Assembly (NCBI RefSeq): GCF_006345805.1
Contig: NC_043021.1
Span: forward strand, 7,688,001-7,752,000
Reading direction: 5' to 3'
Origin: Octopus sinensis
Lineage: Eukaryota
DNA: 64,000 nucleotides
The position numbers were made by a program, and so were the translations under genes. The notes below the pieces were generated by a model. That model made no database searches. It was not told where the DNA came from and worked only from the letters and a program-made list of their open reading frames with translations. This document shows, one piece after another, positions 25,384 to 37,569 of this stretch (positions are counted from its first letter, which is position 1; each line of letters opens with the position of its first letter).

Positions 25384-25603
25384 CCCTTTCGTTACTGTAT
25401 TTATTTTGAGATGCTCTGTGTTTCTTTCAATTATTTTAAATATAACAAAGAATTTAGTAAAATAACTTAGTTATAATTAAGCTAGTGTTAGGAATATTAA
25501 TTGTGACTAAGGTTTGGTAGAATATTTTAATTCAAAACTTATGAAAACAAGACATTTTACCACAGAGCCAGAGCCGGTTTTGGCCGGGTTAGTAACAAAA
25601 GGG
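25384..25603. mobile_element. piggyBac-type MITE P2
   Basis: ccctttcgttac ... taacaaaaggg; shares TTAA 25604-25607 with the next P1. Confidence 0.8.
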
Positions 25604-25607
25604 TTAA

Positions 25608-25825
25608 CCCTTTAGCATTCACTTTATTCTGTCAAAAGTAATGTTTATTTATTCACATTGTTTTGAATTAATCCTGCATTATTTTATAGTTTCAAGATTT
25701 TGATGAAGTAACATAATTTTTAGAATGACATTGTAGGGATGGTGTGAGAGGCCAGATCTGACCAGTTTGAGCATAAAACGGGTCGAATATTTTCGCCAGA
25801 TATCACTGGTCTAAATGCTAAAGGG
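25608..25825. mobile_element. piggyBac-type MITE P1
   Basis: ccctttagcattc ... aaatgctaaaggg. Confidence 0.85.
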
Positions 25826-26003
25826 TTATTGGCGGCTCACTTGGAGATAAGCAACAACTTTTCAAAATCTGATATTTACAAATAAACCTATAAATATCAA
25901 TAGTAGCTAGACCTCTTTGATACAACCAATATGGGTGGAGTGTAGTTTCTGATATCAATCTGCCCAGAAATGCCTTTGTTTCTATGATACAAACTTCTCT
26001 TAA

Positions 26004-26224
26004 CCCTTTAGTGTTGGCATTATTCTGCCAAAATTAATGCTTCTTCATCTACATTGTTTTGAATTAATCATGCATTATCTTGTAGCTATGAGATTTTGAT
26101 GAGGTAGCTGTTAATTTTTAAAACAATATTGTAGGGTTGGTGTGAGAGACCAGGTCTGGCCAGTTTGAACATAAAACAGGTAGAATATTTTTGGACGGAT
26201 ATGGCCAGTTTAAATGCTAAAGGG
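26004..26224. mobile_element. piggyBac-type MITE P1 nested in a P2-like element
   Basis: TTAA at 26000-26003 and 26225-26228. Confidence 0.85.
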
Positions 26225-26471
26225 TTAATGTAATCCAAAACAAACCCTTCCATCAAAACATTAATTTATGCATCAAACACCTGCTTAATAAAGGCTAAGT
26301 TATTTTACTGAATTCCTAATTATTTTCAAAATTAAGTAAAACAAAAGCACTGTATTTCAATGGAAATATGGTAACCAAAGGGTTAAAGTGATCCAAATTA
26401 AAACCTTCCACCATAATGTCATGTTAATTTATGTAACAAACACCAACTTAATAATGGTAAGGGTATTTTAA

Positions 26472-26928
26472 CCCTTTAGTGTTCAGATTACTCTGTGAAA
26501 TGTAATACTTTTTCACTCAAATTGTTTTGAATTAATCATGCATTATCTTATAGCTTTGAGGTTTCAATGATGTGATTGTTTATTTTTAGAATGTCAATGT
26601 AGGTTAGGTGTGAGGGGCCAGATATGGCCAGTTTGAATATAAAACATGTGGAATATCTGGGCCTGATATATGTTTCTTTACTACCCAGAAGGGGCTAAAC
26701 ACAGAGGGGACAAACAAGGACAGACAAAGGGATTAAGTCGATTACATCGACCTCAGTGCGAAACTGATACTTTATTTATCGACCCCGAAAGGATGAAAGG
26801 CAAAGTCGACCTCGGCGGAATTTGAACTCAGAACGTAACGACAGACGAAATACTGCTTGGCATTTCGCCCGGCGTGCTAACGATTCTGCCAGCTTGGGCC
26901 AGATATAGCCAGTATAAACACCGAAGGG
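26472..26928. mobile_element. piggyBac-type MITE P1 containing a SINE-B
   Basis: TTAA at 26468-26471 and 26929-26932; itself inside a P2-like element ending at about 27008. Confidence 0.8.
26672..26894 (-). mobile_element. SINE-B
   Basis: Near-consensus reverse complement. Confidence 0.9.
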
Positions 26929-27194
26929 TTAATGAATTTTCCATTATTTTCGAAATTAATTAAAACAAAGGGAGCATATTTCAATAGAAATATGGTGACA
27001 AAAGGATAAATGCCAGGAAACTAGAGATGGAAACATGCTTTTGAGAGACCCTTACGGCCAATCAAGACCTTTATTTAATATACCAGTTCGATGATGGCAA
27101 CAGTCACAACCATTGTTTTTAAGAGAGAAATTTCTTCTTTTCCTTCCACTTTTCAATGTTCGTAAGAGTTTGAACATTGTTAAGTGGAAGAAAA

Positions 27195-27730
27195 ACAAGA
27201 TATTGTCCTGCGATGAACTTGTCTGGAAGGCACTAGCACCAGATCTTCCCCTGAGTTGGTATAAGCAGAGAGCTGGCAGAAACGTTAGCACACCAGGCGA
27301 AATGTGTAGCCGTATTTCGTCTGCCATTATGTTCTGAGTTCAAATTCCGCCGAGGTCAACTTTGCCTTTCATCCTTTCGGGGTCGATAAATTAAGTACCA
27401 GTTACGCACTGGGATCGATGTAATTGACTTAATCCGTTTGTCTGTCCTTATTTGTCCCCTCTGTGTTTAGCCCCTTGTGGGTAATAAAGAAATAGGTATA
27501 AGCAGAGAGGTGGTCAGCTGAAGACGTGGCTCACATAAGTTAAAGCAGATATGGAGCTCATTTCTGGGTTTCAAGTCTTTGGCGTTCATCACTCCAGTGG
27601 GAATGGCTTTAACATGCTGCAGAACCAGCCGCCAACAGACATGCATGGACTGCTTTGACCCATGATGCAGTGAACTCAATAAGAACCAGCTTAAGCCTCC
27701 TGGGAGAATACCATTACAAGAGAAGACAAG
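27195..27730 (+). mobile_element. Decayed RTE-clade LINE 3' end split by SINE-B
   Basis: Removing the SINE gives LVWKALAPDLPLSWYKQRGGQLKTWLT*VKADMELISGFQVFG, then (frameshift) AANRHAWTALTHDAVNSI; an RTE C-terminal GGQ.KTW...D/DR..W pattern with stops. Confidence 0.65.
27273..27494 (+). mobile_element. SINE-B
   Basis: TSD ggtataagcagagag at 27258-27272 and 27495-27509. Confidence 0.9.
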
Positions 27731-28261
27731 AAGACTTTTCGATGTTCCTTATCCTTCTCACACCACTTTCCTCATCTAGCTTCATTATGCAGACACATGG
27801 TGTACGAGGATTGTGTAAACCAATGATTCCTAATGTGGAAAATTTGTGGTAGAGTCTGGGATAAAATTTTTTTTTTTTCTTTTTAGTAGGACATGGAATT
27901 GTGAAAACCATTTTTCACAGCAAACATACTACACCTAAACTCAGCCTAGCCAAGCCAATCCCTCCAAACAAACACACTGTGTGAAGACTGTTTGCTACAG
28001 CACAACACTATTCTAATGCTACAGATGAAGCTAACAAAACTGTCTTCTTGAATCAAGAAAATCTACCAGTCATAGGTAGAAGGTTCTCGTTAAAGTGAAT
28101 CACTTTTTTTTCCTTGGACAAAATGTACCTTTTTTTTTTCGTACTCAGTACTCAATAAAAGAGTTACTGGTAGATTCTTTTGTATTAAATAACTGATAAA
28201 ATATTAAAAATAAAGTTGTTTCTTCCCAGCCTCTGGAGGGGCACACATTTTTCTGGATAGT

Positions 28262-29018
28262 TATTGTGGGGCTTGGGTGAAAGTAGATTGGGAAACACTA
28301 GTGTAAACCTATTTAAAAGTGACAATCCTTATGGCAGTCACCACAGATGAAGATGAAGTCATCACTGTATGAAGTTGAAACCATCCACTTCCTGATTTTT
28401 ACCAAACCAGAAATGGTCAACCTCTAAATTCAACAAATATTAAATTTACTTTAAGTAAATGAACTACCAAGTACCTATACATTAGTATAATTGATACAAG
28501 TTCATTAATACTGTACTGTGCAAGGTACCGTTAAACTAGTCTAGCAGCCACAGGAATTTGAAGTTCCTACTCATAAATTAGTACAGATTATAAGTGGTTT
28601 CAGATCATCAGTGTCTGGAAAGTTGTTGTTCCTGTATTTAAACTGAAATGAGTAAGAGTGTTATACTAAGCTGAGTACTAATTAAGCCGAGTAATTGGAA
28701 TAATGTTGAGCTAACTAATAGATTATCAAGGTCAATCACTTTTTATTTTTAAGGTTATCGGTATTAATGAACTTGTATCAATTATACTAATGTATAGGTA
28801 CTTGGTAGTTCATTTACTTAAAGTAAATTTAATATTTGTTGAATTTAGAGGTTGACCATTCCTGGTTTGGTAAAAATCAGTAATTCAGGAAGTGGATGGT
28901 TTCAACTCCATACAGTGATGACTTCATCTTCATCTGTGGTGACTGCCATAAGGATTGTCACTTTTAAAAAGGTTTACACTAGTGTTTCCCAATCTACTTT
29001 CACCCAAGCCCCACAATA
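28262..29018. repeat. Long near-perfect inverted repeat (250/258-bp arms, 249-bp spacer)
   Basis: 28262-28511 is the reverse complement of 28761-29018 except for 3 substitutions and one 8-bp indel. Confidence 0.95.
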
Positions 29019-29231
29019 TAACCAGCACTGATTTGTTATGACATTTCATATCCAAATACATCTAATGTAAACAATGTAATCACAGAGAGAAAATTAGGTA
29101 ATCGGTGTATATGCATATTTCAGGAGTTCTTGCTCCTTCATCAGCACCCATCCAACCCGTTAACCATCCACAAAATCATTGCTTAAATAACCACTAAATA
29201 TAGTGGTATAACACTATTAGAGATACCAATT

Positions 29232-29438
29232 TTACTCTTTTACTTGTTTCATTCATTTGACTGTGGCCATGCTGGAGCACCGCCTTTAGTCGAGCAAGTT
29301 GACCCCAGGACTTATTCTTTGTAAGCCTACTACTTATTCAGTCTCTTTTCACCGAGCTGCTAAGTTACGGGGACGTAAACACACCAGCATCGGTTGTCAA
29401 GCAATGTTGGGGGGATAAACACAGACACACAAACATAT

Positions 29439-29490
<52 letters not shown>

Positions 29491-29630
29491 CACATACATA
29501 CATACATATATATATATAAATATATATATATAGCCTTAAAGACACTCGATCAAAGTGACATGCAGTGGGACTGAACCCGGAACCATGTGGCTCGTAAGCA
29601 AGCTACTTGCCACACAGCCACTCCTATTCC
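29232..29630 (-). mobile_element. SINE-A with internal deletion
   Basis: Tail, middle and head present; central head segment missing. Confidence 0.85.
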
Positions 29631-30252
29631 TGACAGCTGGTATGTATATCTATATACTGGTAGAAACAGCATATTTTGTTATGCAACTAAAATATACTAC
29701 AAAGCGTATCAAATGCTTTATCGTTTCTCTTATTGATTTGGTCTTCATTTAGCACAAACTGTACTTCTGATTTTCCTTTGCTTCCCTCATCATAGACAAA
29801 GAACTACAGGTGAAAACCATGTAAGCATGTGTATAGAGATGTGAAGAAGTGCGTAGAGGAACAAGAAGGAATGGCTGACCGTGTGCATGTGTGTGTATGT
29901 GCGTGCAAGAAAATATGTGTAAGTTTATGCATGGGTGTATGTGTGTGTGTGTGTGTGTGTGTCAGAAAGTGAAAGTGAAAGACAGCGTGTGTATGTGTGT
30001 ATGAATGTATGTGAGTGTTTGTGTGTATGTATGAGCGTATGTGTGGGCGTGTGGCCAGCCATCAGGTGTGCATCCATTGATCTCCAGTTCAGCAACACAA
30101 TTTGACATGAACATACATCATCGGCTCGCACACAAGCTGATAATCAATTATATGAGCAAACTCCTGCATCAATAGATTCTCAAGACAACACTGATATGTA
30201 TTTCACTAATGCACACTCGATTCACAATTGGCTGCCTTGCTAGCTGGACCTA

Positions 30253-30999
30253 CTGTAAATCCTCGAGTATAGTCCGCCCTTGAGTATAATACGCAGGGGA
30301 TTTTTAGGGGGCTGTACCTCTGGAAAACCTAAACCGTGTGTATAATATGCACCATTTCTCTAACTCGAGTCATGCGTAATTAACCCTTTAGCATTTAAAC
30401 CGACCATATCCGGCCAAAAGTATTCTGCCTGTTTTATGTTCAAACTGGCCAGATCTGGTCTCTCACACCAACCCTACAATATCATTTTAAAAATTAACAG
30501 CTACCTCATCAAAATCTCATAGCTGCAAGATAATGCATGATTAGTTCAAGGCAATGTGGATGAAGAAGTATTAATTTTGGCAGAATAATGTGAACACTAA
30601 AGGGTTAAGCCAGCAGCACCTAGTTGAACAAACACTTCCATCCATGAGTAATACAATAATGGTGATGTTCTTAACTGTTATATGGGAATGTAAATATGTT
30701 TGCAAATTGTTTTTGTTACATGTTATTCTGTGTTCTGAATACTTTTATTTTAATAAATGTTGCTTACTGCAAGTTATGGATGATTCTTTTATGACTTCAT
30801 TGCTTTCCGGCTTAGCTTAAGGTATTTCCGCGCCCAACATCACAAAATGCGTCTGAATAAACATTGCTGGACAGCAAATAGAGTCTTGGACATTGCTTAG
30901 AAAATATTTTTCATTTTTAGCCTCGTATATAGTACGCACTAGGGAATTTGACCTTTAAATTTTAGGAAAAAAATGCGGATTATACTCGAGGGTTTATGG
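30253..30999. mobile_element. pogo-like MITE T interrupted by P1
   Basis: TA-ctgtaaatcctcgagtata ... tatactcgagggtttatgg-TA; colinear with 14830-15352. Confidence 0.88.
30384..30604. mobile_element. piggyBac-type MITE P1 inserted in MITE T
   Basis: TTAA duplicated (30380-30383, 30605-30608); the empty site gcgtaattaagccagc is intact in the 14.9-kb copy. Confidence 0.9.
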
Positions 31000-32109
31000 T
31001 ATTTACCAACCAAACAGATCCATCAACAGAAAATGAAATAAAAAATAATACATACAACACATATCTAACATCACTACGTCACTACTAGCACAGAAGTTGC
31101 ACTGACAACAGCAGCAGCAAGAGTCTGGCAATGTTCCTACCTCTGGACATTGCAAGTCAGAAGGACTAAAATGCCAATTCAAAGGAACAAACAAGAAGAG
31201 TCAATACAGAAATAATGGAGCAATACTGTACAAAGGCAAGCTGTGGTGTTGAAGCATGAAAAAGATTGGCACCATTCCAAGAAAATACACTACACACTAG
31301 TGAAGGTTTGGCAGTACCATTAAGGAATGTGGTTTGTGACTAGGAGGTTTTGAATATGCTCTCATTGCACAGGTCATGGTGGTGGTGATGCTGCTGCTGG
31401 TAGTGATTATGGTGGTAGTGGTGCTGGTGGGAGTGTTAAACTGTTCATACAATTACACTGTGTAGCATGCTTTTAGCCTTGGGTAGCAACTGTTATTTCC
31501 TATTTGCTTTCCCCTAGAAAGTATGAAAAATGGCTTATATTTCCTTCAAACTTTGCTTTTTTTTACATTTAATCAAACCCATAAGAATACCTCTCAACAC
31601 ACGACTATGATGCTCCCCACCTATTCCTGCTCATCATCAGAGATGCACATTGTCAGTCACTAAGAAACATGCTCAAGTGGTTAAGGTCGAGCAACTGACA
31701 AGGAAATCTATGGTATTGAGCAGAATATTTGCTATAATGATATTTCTGCTTCAGTAACTCACCACTGAATCTGTCTGAAATCTAATGGAAAAATAGATCA
31801 GTTTCAAAATATTGATGTCCAGGTCACAAAAGCATAGTTTGAAGGGAATAGTAGTCATTTCCTTTGATTTCTAAATAGAAGCAAATAAGAAAAAAACACA
31901 GACCAAAGACAAAAAAAAAAAATTATGATTTTGTTTCACAGTGTTATTTAAGTACAGCACACAAGAACAGGAATGGTCACCTCATAAGCAAATGTCCTGT
32001 GTTAATATTTCATAGATAGACACTCAGTGCAAGACTGTCAGAGAAAGATGATCGTCCTTGTTATTGTGTGACGGACTTAATCTGATCTCTGATTAAACAC
32101 CACCATCAC

Positions 32110-32170
32110 CTGAACCTGGAATGCTTATAATGGAGTACACTGTTTCAAACACCTGGGCCAGGTCTCCTGT
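32110..32170 (-). CDS. Weak candidate small exon
   Basis: ttattttcag| TGDLAQVFETVYSIISIPGS, donor CAG|GTGATG. Confidence 0.2.
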
Positions 32171-32520
32171 CTGAAAATAACTTCCCTGGTTCATTGATTT
32201 TTGAAGGCCCTAAAAGTGGTTACGAACACTTCTCTTCCACCAACTATCAATCAAGTTTCTGTTATTAAATTGCCGCCATGCTGGGGCACTGCCTTCAAGA
32301 ATTTTTAGTCAAATGGCCAATCCATTTGACTACTATTTTTTGTTAAGCTTGGTACTTATTCTATCCGTCACTCAGTCTAACACCATCACTTGTTACCCTG
32401 GGTACCCTTAGTAGAGTCCAGGTTACCGTAAGTATTCATAAGCCAAAGGTTCACTATGAAGATACCTTCCTCCCTCCCAATAGTCTCAGAGGCCCTGTGA
32501 AAGGTCAAAGACATTGCCTT

Positions 32521-32840
32521 CCATCCATCTATCCGCTCAGTCGAAGTCGACTCTCGGTTACTCCATGGATCAGTGTCCTATAATCAGTTCTATCCTGGGC
32601 CGCTTCTTTCAGATTGGCTATGTCCATTCCGGTATCACTCTTGATGGTGTCAAGCCAGCGGGTTCTTGGTCGGCCTCTTCCTCTCTTGCTATTGACCATT
32701 CCGAGTATGATGCCCTTCTCCAGGGATTTTCTCCGCATAATATGACCAAAATATGCCAATCTATGCTTGGTGCTTCTAGCGACATTTTCGGCCTGATCTG
32801 CTTAAGAACTTCTCCATTGGTGAGCCTCGCTGTCCATGGA
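32521..32840 (-). mobile_element. 5'-truncated RTE/BovB-like LINE
   Basis: PWTARLTNGEVLKQIRPKMSLE, frameshift, YFGHIMRRKSLEKGIILGMVNSKRGRGRPRTRWLDTIKSDTG...DRTDYRTLIHGVTESRLRL; (GGAT)-like tail; candidate TSD attgcctt at 32513-32520 and 32841-32848. Confidence 0.88.
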
Positions 32841-33354
32841 ATTGCCTTAATGCCTGTTTTTAAATAGGGGTGGAGAAAGAAAGCAATAGTTTTGTTACCT
32901 TTTAAATTCAATTCTTTTCAAAGTTCACCTCTCACATCACCACCGCCTGACCCCCAGGGAGCGAAAGTAAGCAACAGCTACAAAGTACCAGAAATATATA
33001 GGGGTGGGTTGATTTAATTTATCATGTCCGCCACCCAACCATTGGCTAAGAGCCTAAGTAAGAAATCAATATAATAGTATCTATTGCATAAAACTGTAAG
33101 CAACAATAACAACAACATTAACATACAGATTTTTTCTTACTTCTTTCTTTCTTTCTTTCTTTTTATTTATTTCTCTCAGCATTTGTTTGGTTGGCCAGCA
33201 ATGCTGTGCTTAACCAACTAATCTGTAAAATTACAGGCAATGATAGAGAGAGCGGAGAGTACACGAGTGGAGTGGAAGCAGGGCAACAGGAAACAAAAAG
33301 ACCACACAAAATAATCCAGTAGTGTGTGAGAGAAAGAGAGAAAGCTGAGAAATA

Positions 33355-33420
<66 letters not shown>

Positions 33421-33510
33421 CCAGCCACAGATCAGTTCTCTTCAGTAGCCAAAAGACCAACTGTGTAAAGTGGGGAAGAGTAATAAAGTCAATTAAATTG
33501 ATTATAATAT

Positions 33511-33913
33511 ACTAGCAGTATCGCCCAGCATTGCTCAGGTTTGTAAGGGAAATAACTATAAAGCACTTTTAGAGAGTTATAGCCAAAAAATAGCAAAAAA
33601 ATGCATTAAAAATAGAAAAAAAATTATGGTAAATTTTTTTTTAAATCGTTGACTCATCGTAGACATTTTTAGAGAGTTACTTCCCTTATATAATAGCGAA
33701 AAAAATGCATTAAAATGGAAAAAAATTATGGTAAATTATTTTTAAAATCGTAGACTCATCGTGGATGCGCGCTAATGCCCAGAAGGGCTCGATATGAATC
33801 ACGACTATAAGCTACCCGGTTTTGGTTAAACTGCACCGCAAAATGTGGGAGTAGTTAGGAATCTAAATCGGAGGAGACAGACAGCACACAACCTTACTTT
33901 TATATATAAAGAT
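33511..33913 (+). mobile_element. Helentron-type non-autonomous element (HINE-like), apparently complete
   Basis: 5' actagcagtatcgcccagcattgctcagg, internal tandem duplication of about 110 bp, 3' gacagacagc...ttttatatataaagat; inserted in an AT-rich site. Confidence 0.65.
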
Positions 33914-34500
33914 TACAAATATATATTTTATTTGTACACACACACACATATACATGTACACACCAGAGTCTGACATTTTTTTACTGGTTTCAATCACTGG
34001 ACCATGGCCAGACTGGGGCAATGCATTTCTGGATTTTAATTAATTACAGTCAGGCACTTGTTTTATCGATATCTATGTTTGAACTGCTAAGTTACCCTTT
34101 TTCTCTGACACAACATTGATTTTGACAAGTAATGTCATTTCACACACACACACACAGTGACAGCTTCCATCTACCAAATTCCACTCCAGAATATTGGTGA
34201 ACTCAGAGTTCATGGTGCCATAGAGAGAGATCAAAAGCAGGACCGTGTGTTTGTGAAGCAGATTTTTTAACCACACAACTATACCATGTAACAGCAAAAA
34301 TAAATGTCAATGGTTTCTAACACAGACACAAGGCCTGTAATTTTGAGGGGAAGGGGGGTTAGTCAGTATCATTGACCCCCAGGGCTCAACTGGTACTTAT
34401 TTCACTGACCTCGAAAGGATGAAAGGCAAAGTTGACCTCAGCAGAATTTGAACTCAGAACATAAAGACGGGGGAGGTAATTTTGAGGAGGAAGTAAGTAT

Positions 34501-34620
34501 TGTTGTTGTTGATGTTGTTGTTGTTGATGTTATTGATGTTGTTGTTGTTGTTGATGTTATTGATGTTGATGTTGATGATGATGTTGATGATGTTGATGAT
34601 GATGATGTTGATAATGATGT

Positions 34621-34681
<61 letters not shown>

Positions 34682-34683
34682 GG
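34501..34683. repeat. Compound (GTT)/(GAT)/(GGT) triplet tract between old SINE-B-like fragments
   Basis: Directly visible. Confidence 0.9.
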
Positions 34684-35240
34684 CTTTAGATTTTGGCACA
34701 ATGCAGTAATTTCAGGGGTAAGGTAAGTCAATTACATCAAACCCCAAAAGGATGAAAGGCAAAGTCGATCTCAATTGACTTTGGAATTTGAACTCCAAAC
34801 ATAAAGACAGATGAAATGCTGCTAAACACTTTGTCCAGCATACTAATGATTCTACCAGCTCACCACTTAGTAATAATAATTGTAGAACTAGTCCCAAATA
34901 AGGAAAAACGTAGGCATAATGTGGGTAGGTTACAAAAATGCACTTTAATTACAATAAAAGAACTATTAATTTGCAGGATTAATCTATTAGAGAGAGTCCT
35001 GGTTCAAATACTTCCAAGTGAAAGGACCCTTCTAAAAGTACTCAAAAAACTGACAGTAGTGGGAATTAGAGTAACTGGTCACATCCCCAAAATAGGAATG
35101 GTCCCTATTACAAGTTTCCACAATGTTCCCATCAACCATATTCCATTCACAATACCTTGGCCAACCTGAAGCTATGGAATAAGACACTGTATTTTGATGG
35201 CATACAAAACACTTTTTCCAAAAAAAGTGTCTCAAAAAAG

Positions 35241-35583
35241 AACATCACCCTGGGTCCTGCATGCAAAGTTGGGCCTCCTATAAGCTTTAATTCAGTGAAA
35301 ACGTCACCCTGGGTCCTGCATGCAAAGTTGGGCCTCCTATAAGCTTTAATTCGCTGAAAATGTCACACCGGGTCCTGCATGCAAAGTTGGGCCTCCTATA
35401 AGCTTTAATTCACTGAAAACATCACCCTGGGTCCTGCATGCAAAGTTGGGCCTCCTATAGGCTTTAATTCACTGAAAACGTCACCCTGGGTCCTGCATGC
35501 AAAGTTGGGCCTCCTATAAGCTTTAATTCACTGAAACTGCATGCAAAGTTGGGCCTTTCTATAAGCTTTAATTCACTGAAAAC
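35241..35583. repeat. 59-bp minisatellite, 5 full units plus 1 truncated unit
   Basis: Unit aacatcaccctgggtcctgcatgcaaagttgggcctcctataagctttaattcactgaa. Confidence 0.95.
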
Positions 35584-36379
35584 AATTTTTCATCCTGAAT
35601 ATGTGCTGCTGAAATCTAATGTGCTATCTAATGTGCTTTTGTGTCCTATATGCCATCAAATGCAGTACCTGAGGTACTGTACTGTGAGATTGAACTCTGA
35701 AACCACACATTGCATTTGTTAAGTAAACAAGCCATATCACAGCTGTGGCCAGCTGCTCTGTTTAGGCTGACACAACAAAGTGGTAAGCTACTAGCATTAG
35801 TTGATCAATATGTAAACAAGATGTCAAAGTAACTAGGTGGTAAATGGTGCATGTCCCACCATCGTAAACATGTGACATAATTACGTAGGACATAGGTGTC
35901 TGCACTGTGAAAGGTAATTTAGTAGTCAATGGAATAAATAATTTAGTTCAAGCTAACAAAAAAATAAATGTCAAAAACCTGCCTTCTTTCTTGGTGGTGA
36001 TTACAGTTTTAGGTAAAACTTATTTTCTGACAAAGGCAGCTAAGATTAGCAAATATCAGGATGTGAAGGTCAATATCAAAAAGAATGTGTAACACAAACA
36101 TGAAAGACGAAAGCCAGTTGTTAATAAAATTGTTGGTATGTGCTTATTTTGTTTTCTTTAACGCTTGTTGTTCCCTGCTAGTATGGCTTAGACAGGAGGA
36201 AATTGCAATAGAAATTTTTATGGTTGGATGCACTTCCCGTTGCCAACTCTTAACAGAGACTTTTTATCCCAGAGGATTTTGAAAGCACAGAGTTAGCAGG
36301 TGATTTGTGACAGGAAATATCAACAAAAGTCACCAGTAGCAGCCAAGCTACAAATGGTGACACCATTCATAGCTATAGC

Positions 36380-36574
36380 TCTCTTTTACTTGTTTCAGTC
36401 ATTTGACTGCAGCCATGCTGGAGCACTGCCTTTTAGACGAGCAAATCGACCCTACGACTTATTCTTTGTAAGCCCAGTACTTATTCTATCGGTCTCTTTT
36501 GCCAAACCGCTAAGTGACGGGGACGTAAACACACCAGCTTCGGTTGTCAAGCAATGCTAGGGGGACAAATACAA

Positions 36575-36618
<44 letters not shown>

Positions 36619-36779
36619 GACAGGCTTCTTTCAGTTTCCGTCTACCAAATCCACTCACAAGGCATTGGTCGGCCCGGGGCTATAGCAGAAGACACTTGCC
36701 CAAGGTGCCACGCAGTGGGACTGAACCCGGAACCATGTTGTTGGTTAGCAAGCTACTTACCACACAGCCACTCCTGCGC
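36380..36779 (-). mobile_element. SINE-A, full length
   Basis: Colinear with the consensus. Confidence 0.92.
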
Positions 36780-37290
36780 TCTGTGTACATTTTATAACCA
36801 TTCATACACACACACAAAACGTGTGTGTCTGTAATGAATTATCGTCAGCTATAAAAGAAAAAAGATTCAACGAACACATTAAGAAACTGCAAAAACAAAC
36901 CAGGTGCCAAACAGTTCCAGATGATCACTCATTCTCTTGCAAAAAAAAATTCTTCAGGGAAAGTAATGTCCCTGTCTCCTGACAAGATCCAATTTACAAA
37001 AATCTAATTAAAAACCTTGAAATATGAACAAGAGTGATAATGGCAATTACTGTTTCTCATTTAGGCACAAAGTCAATGATTTCAGAGTATAAGGGATTAG
37101 TCGACTACTTGGACCCCAGCACTTGACTGGTACTTTATTTTATCAATCCCCAAAGGATGAAAGACAAAGGTGACCTCAGCAGGATTTGAACTCAGAACAT
37201 GAAGAACCAGAAGAAATATTGCAAGGCATTTTGTCTGATGGTCTTATGATTCTGACAATCCACTTCCCTAATAATAATAACAACAACAAC

Positions 37291-37530
37291 ATCATCATCA
37301 TCATCATCATCATCGTTTAACGTCCGTTCTCCATGCTAGCACGGGTTGGACGGTTCGACCGGGGATCTGGGAAGCCAGAAGGCTGCACCAGGCTCCAGTC
37401 TGATCTGGCAGTGTTTATACAGCTGGATGCCCTTCCTAACGCCAACCACTCCGTGAGTGTAGTGGGTGCTTTTTACGTACAACCTGCACAGGTGCCAGGC
37501 GAGGCTGGCAACGGCCACGATCGGATTGGT
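37291..37530 (-). mobile_element. SINE-D
   Basis: (CAT)n then cgtttaacgtccgttctccatgctagc ... ggtgctttttacgt. Confidence 0.88.
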
Positions 37531-37569
37531 GCAATAATAACAATAATAATAATAATAATAGCAACAGGA

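Noticed and set aside
34816-35169. 117-aa plus-strand ORF
   Set aside because: Starts inside a SINE fragment, has no recognisable motif and no convincing exon boundaries.
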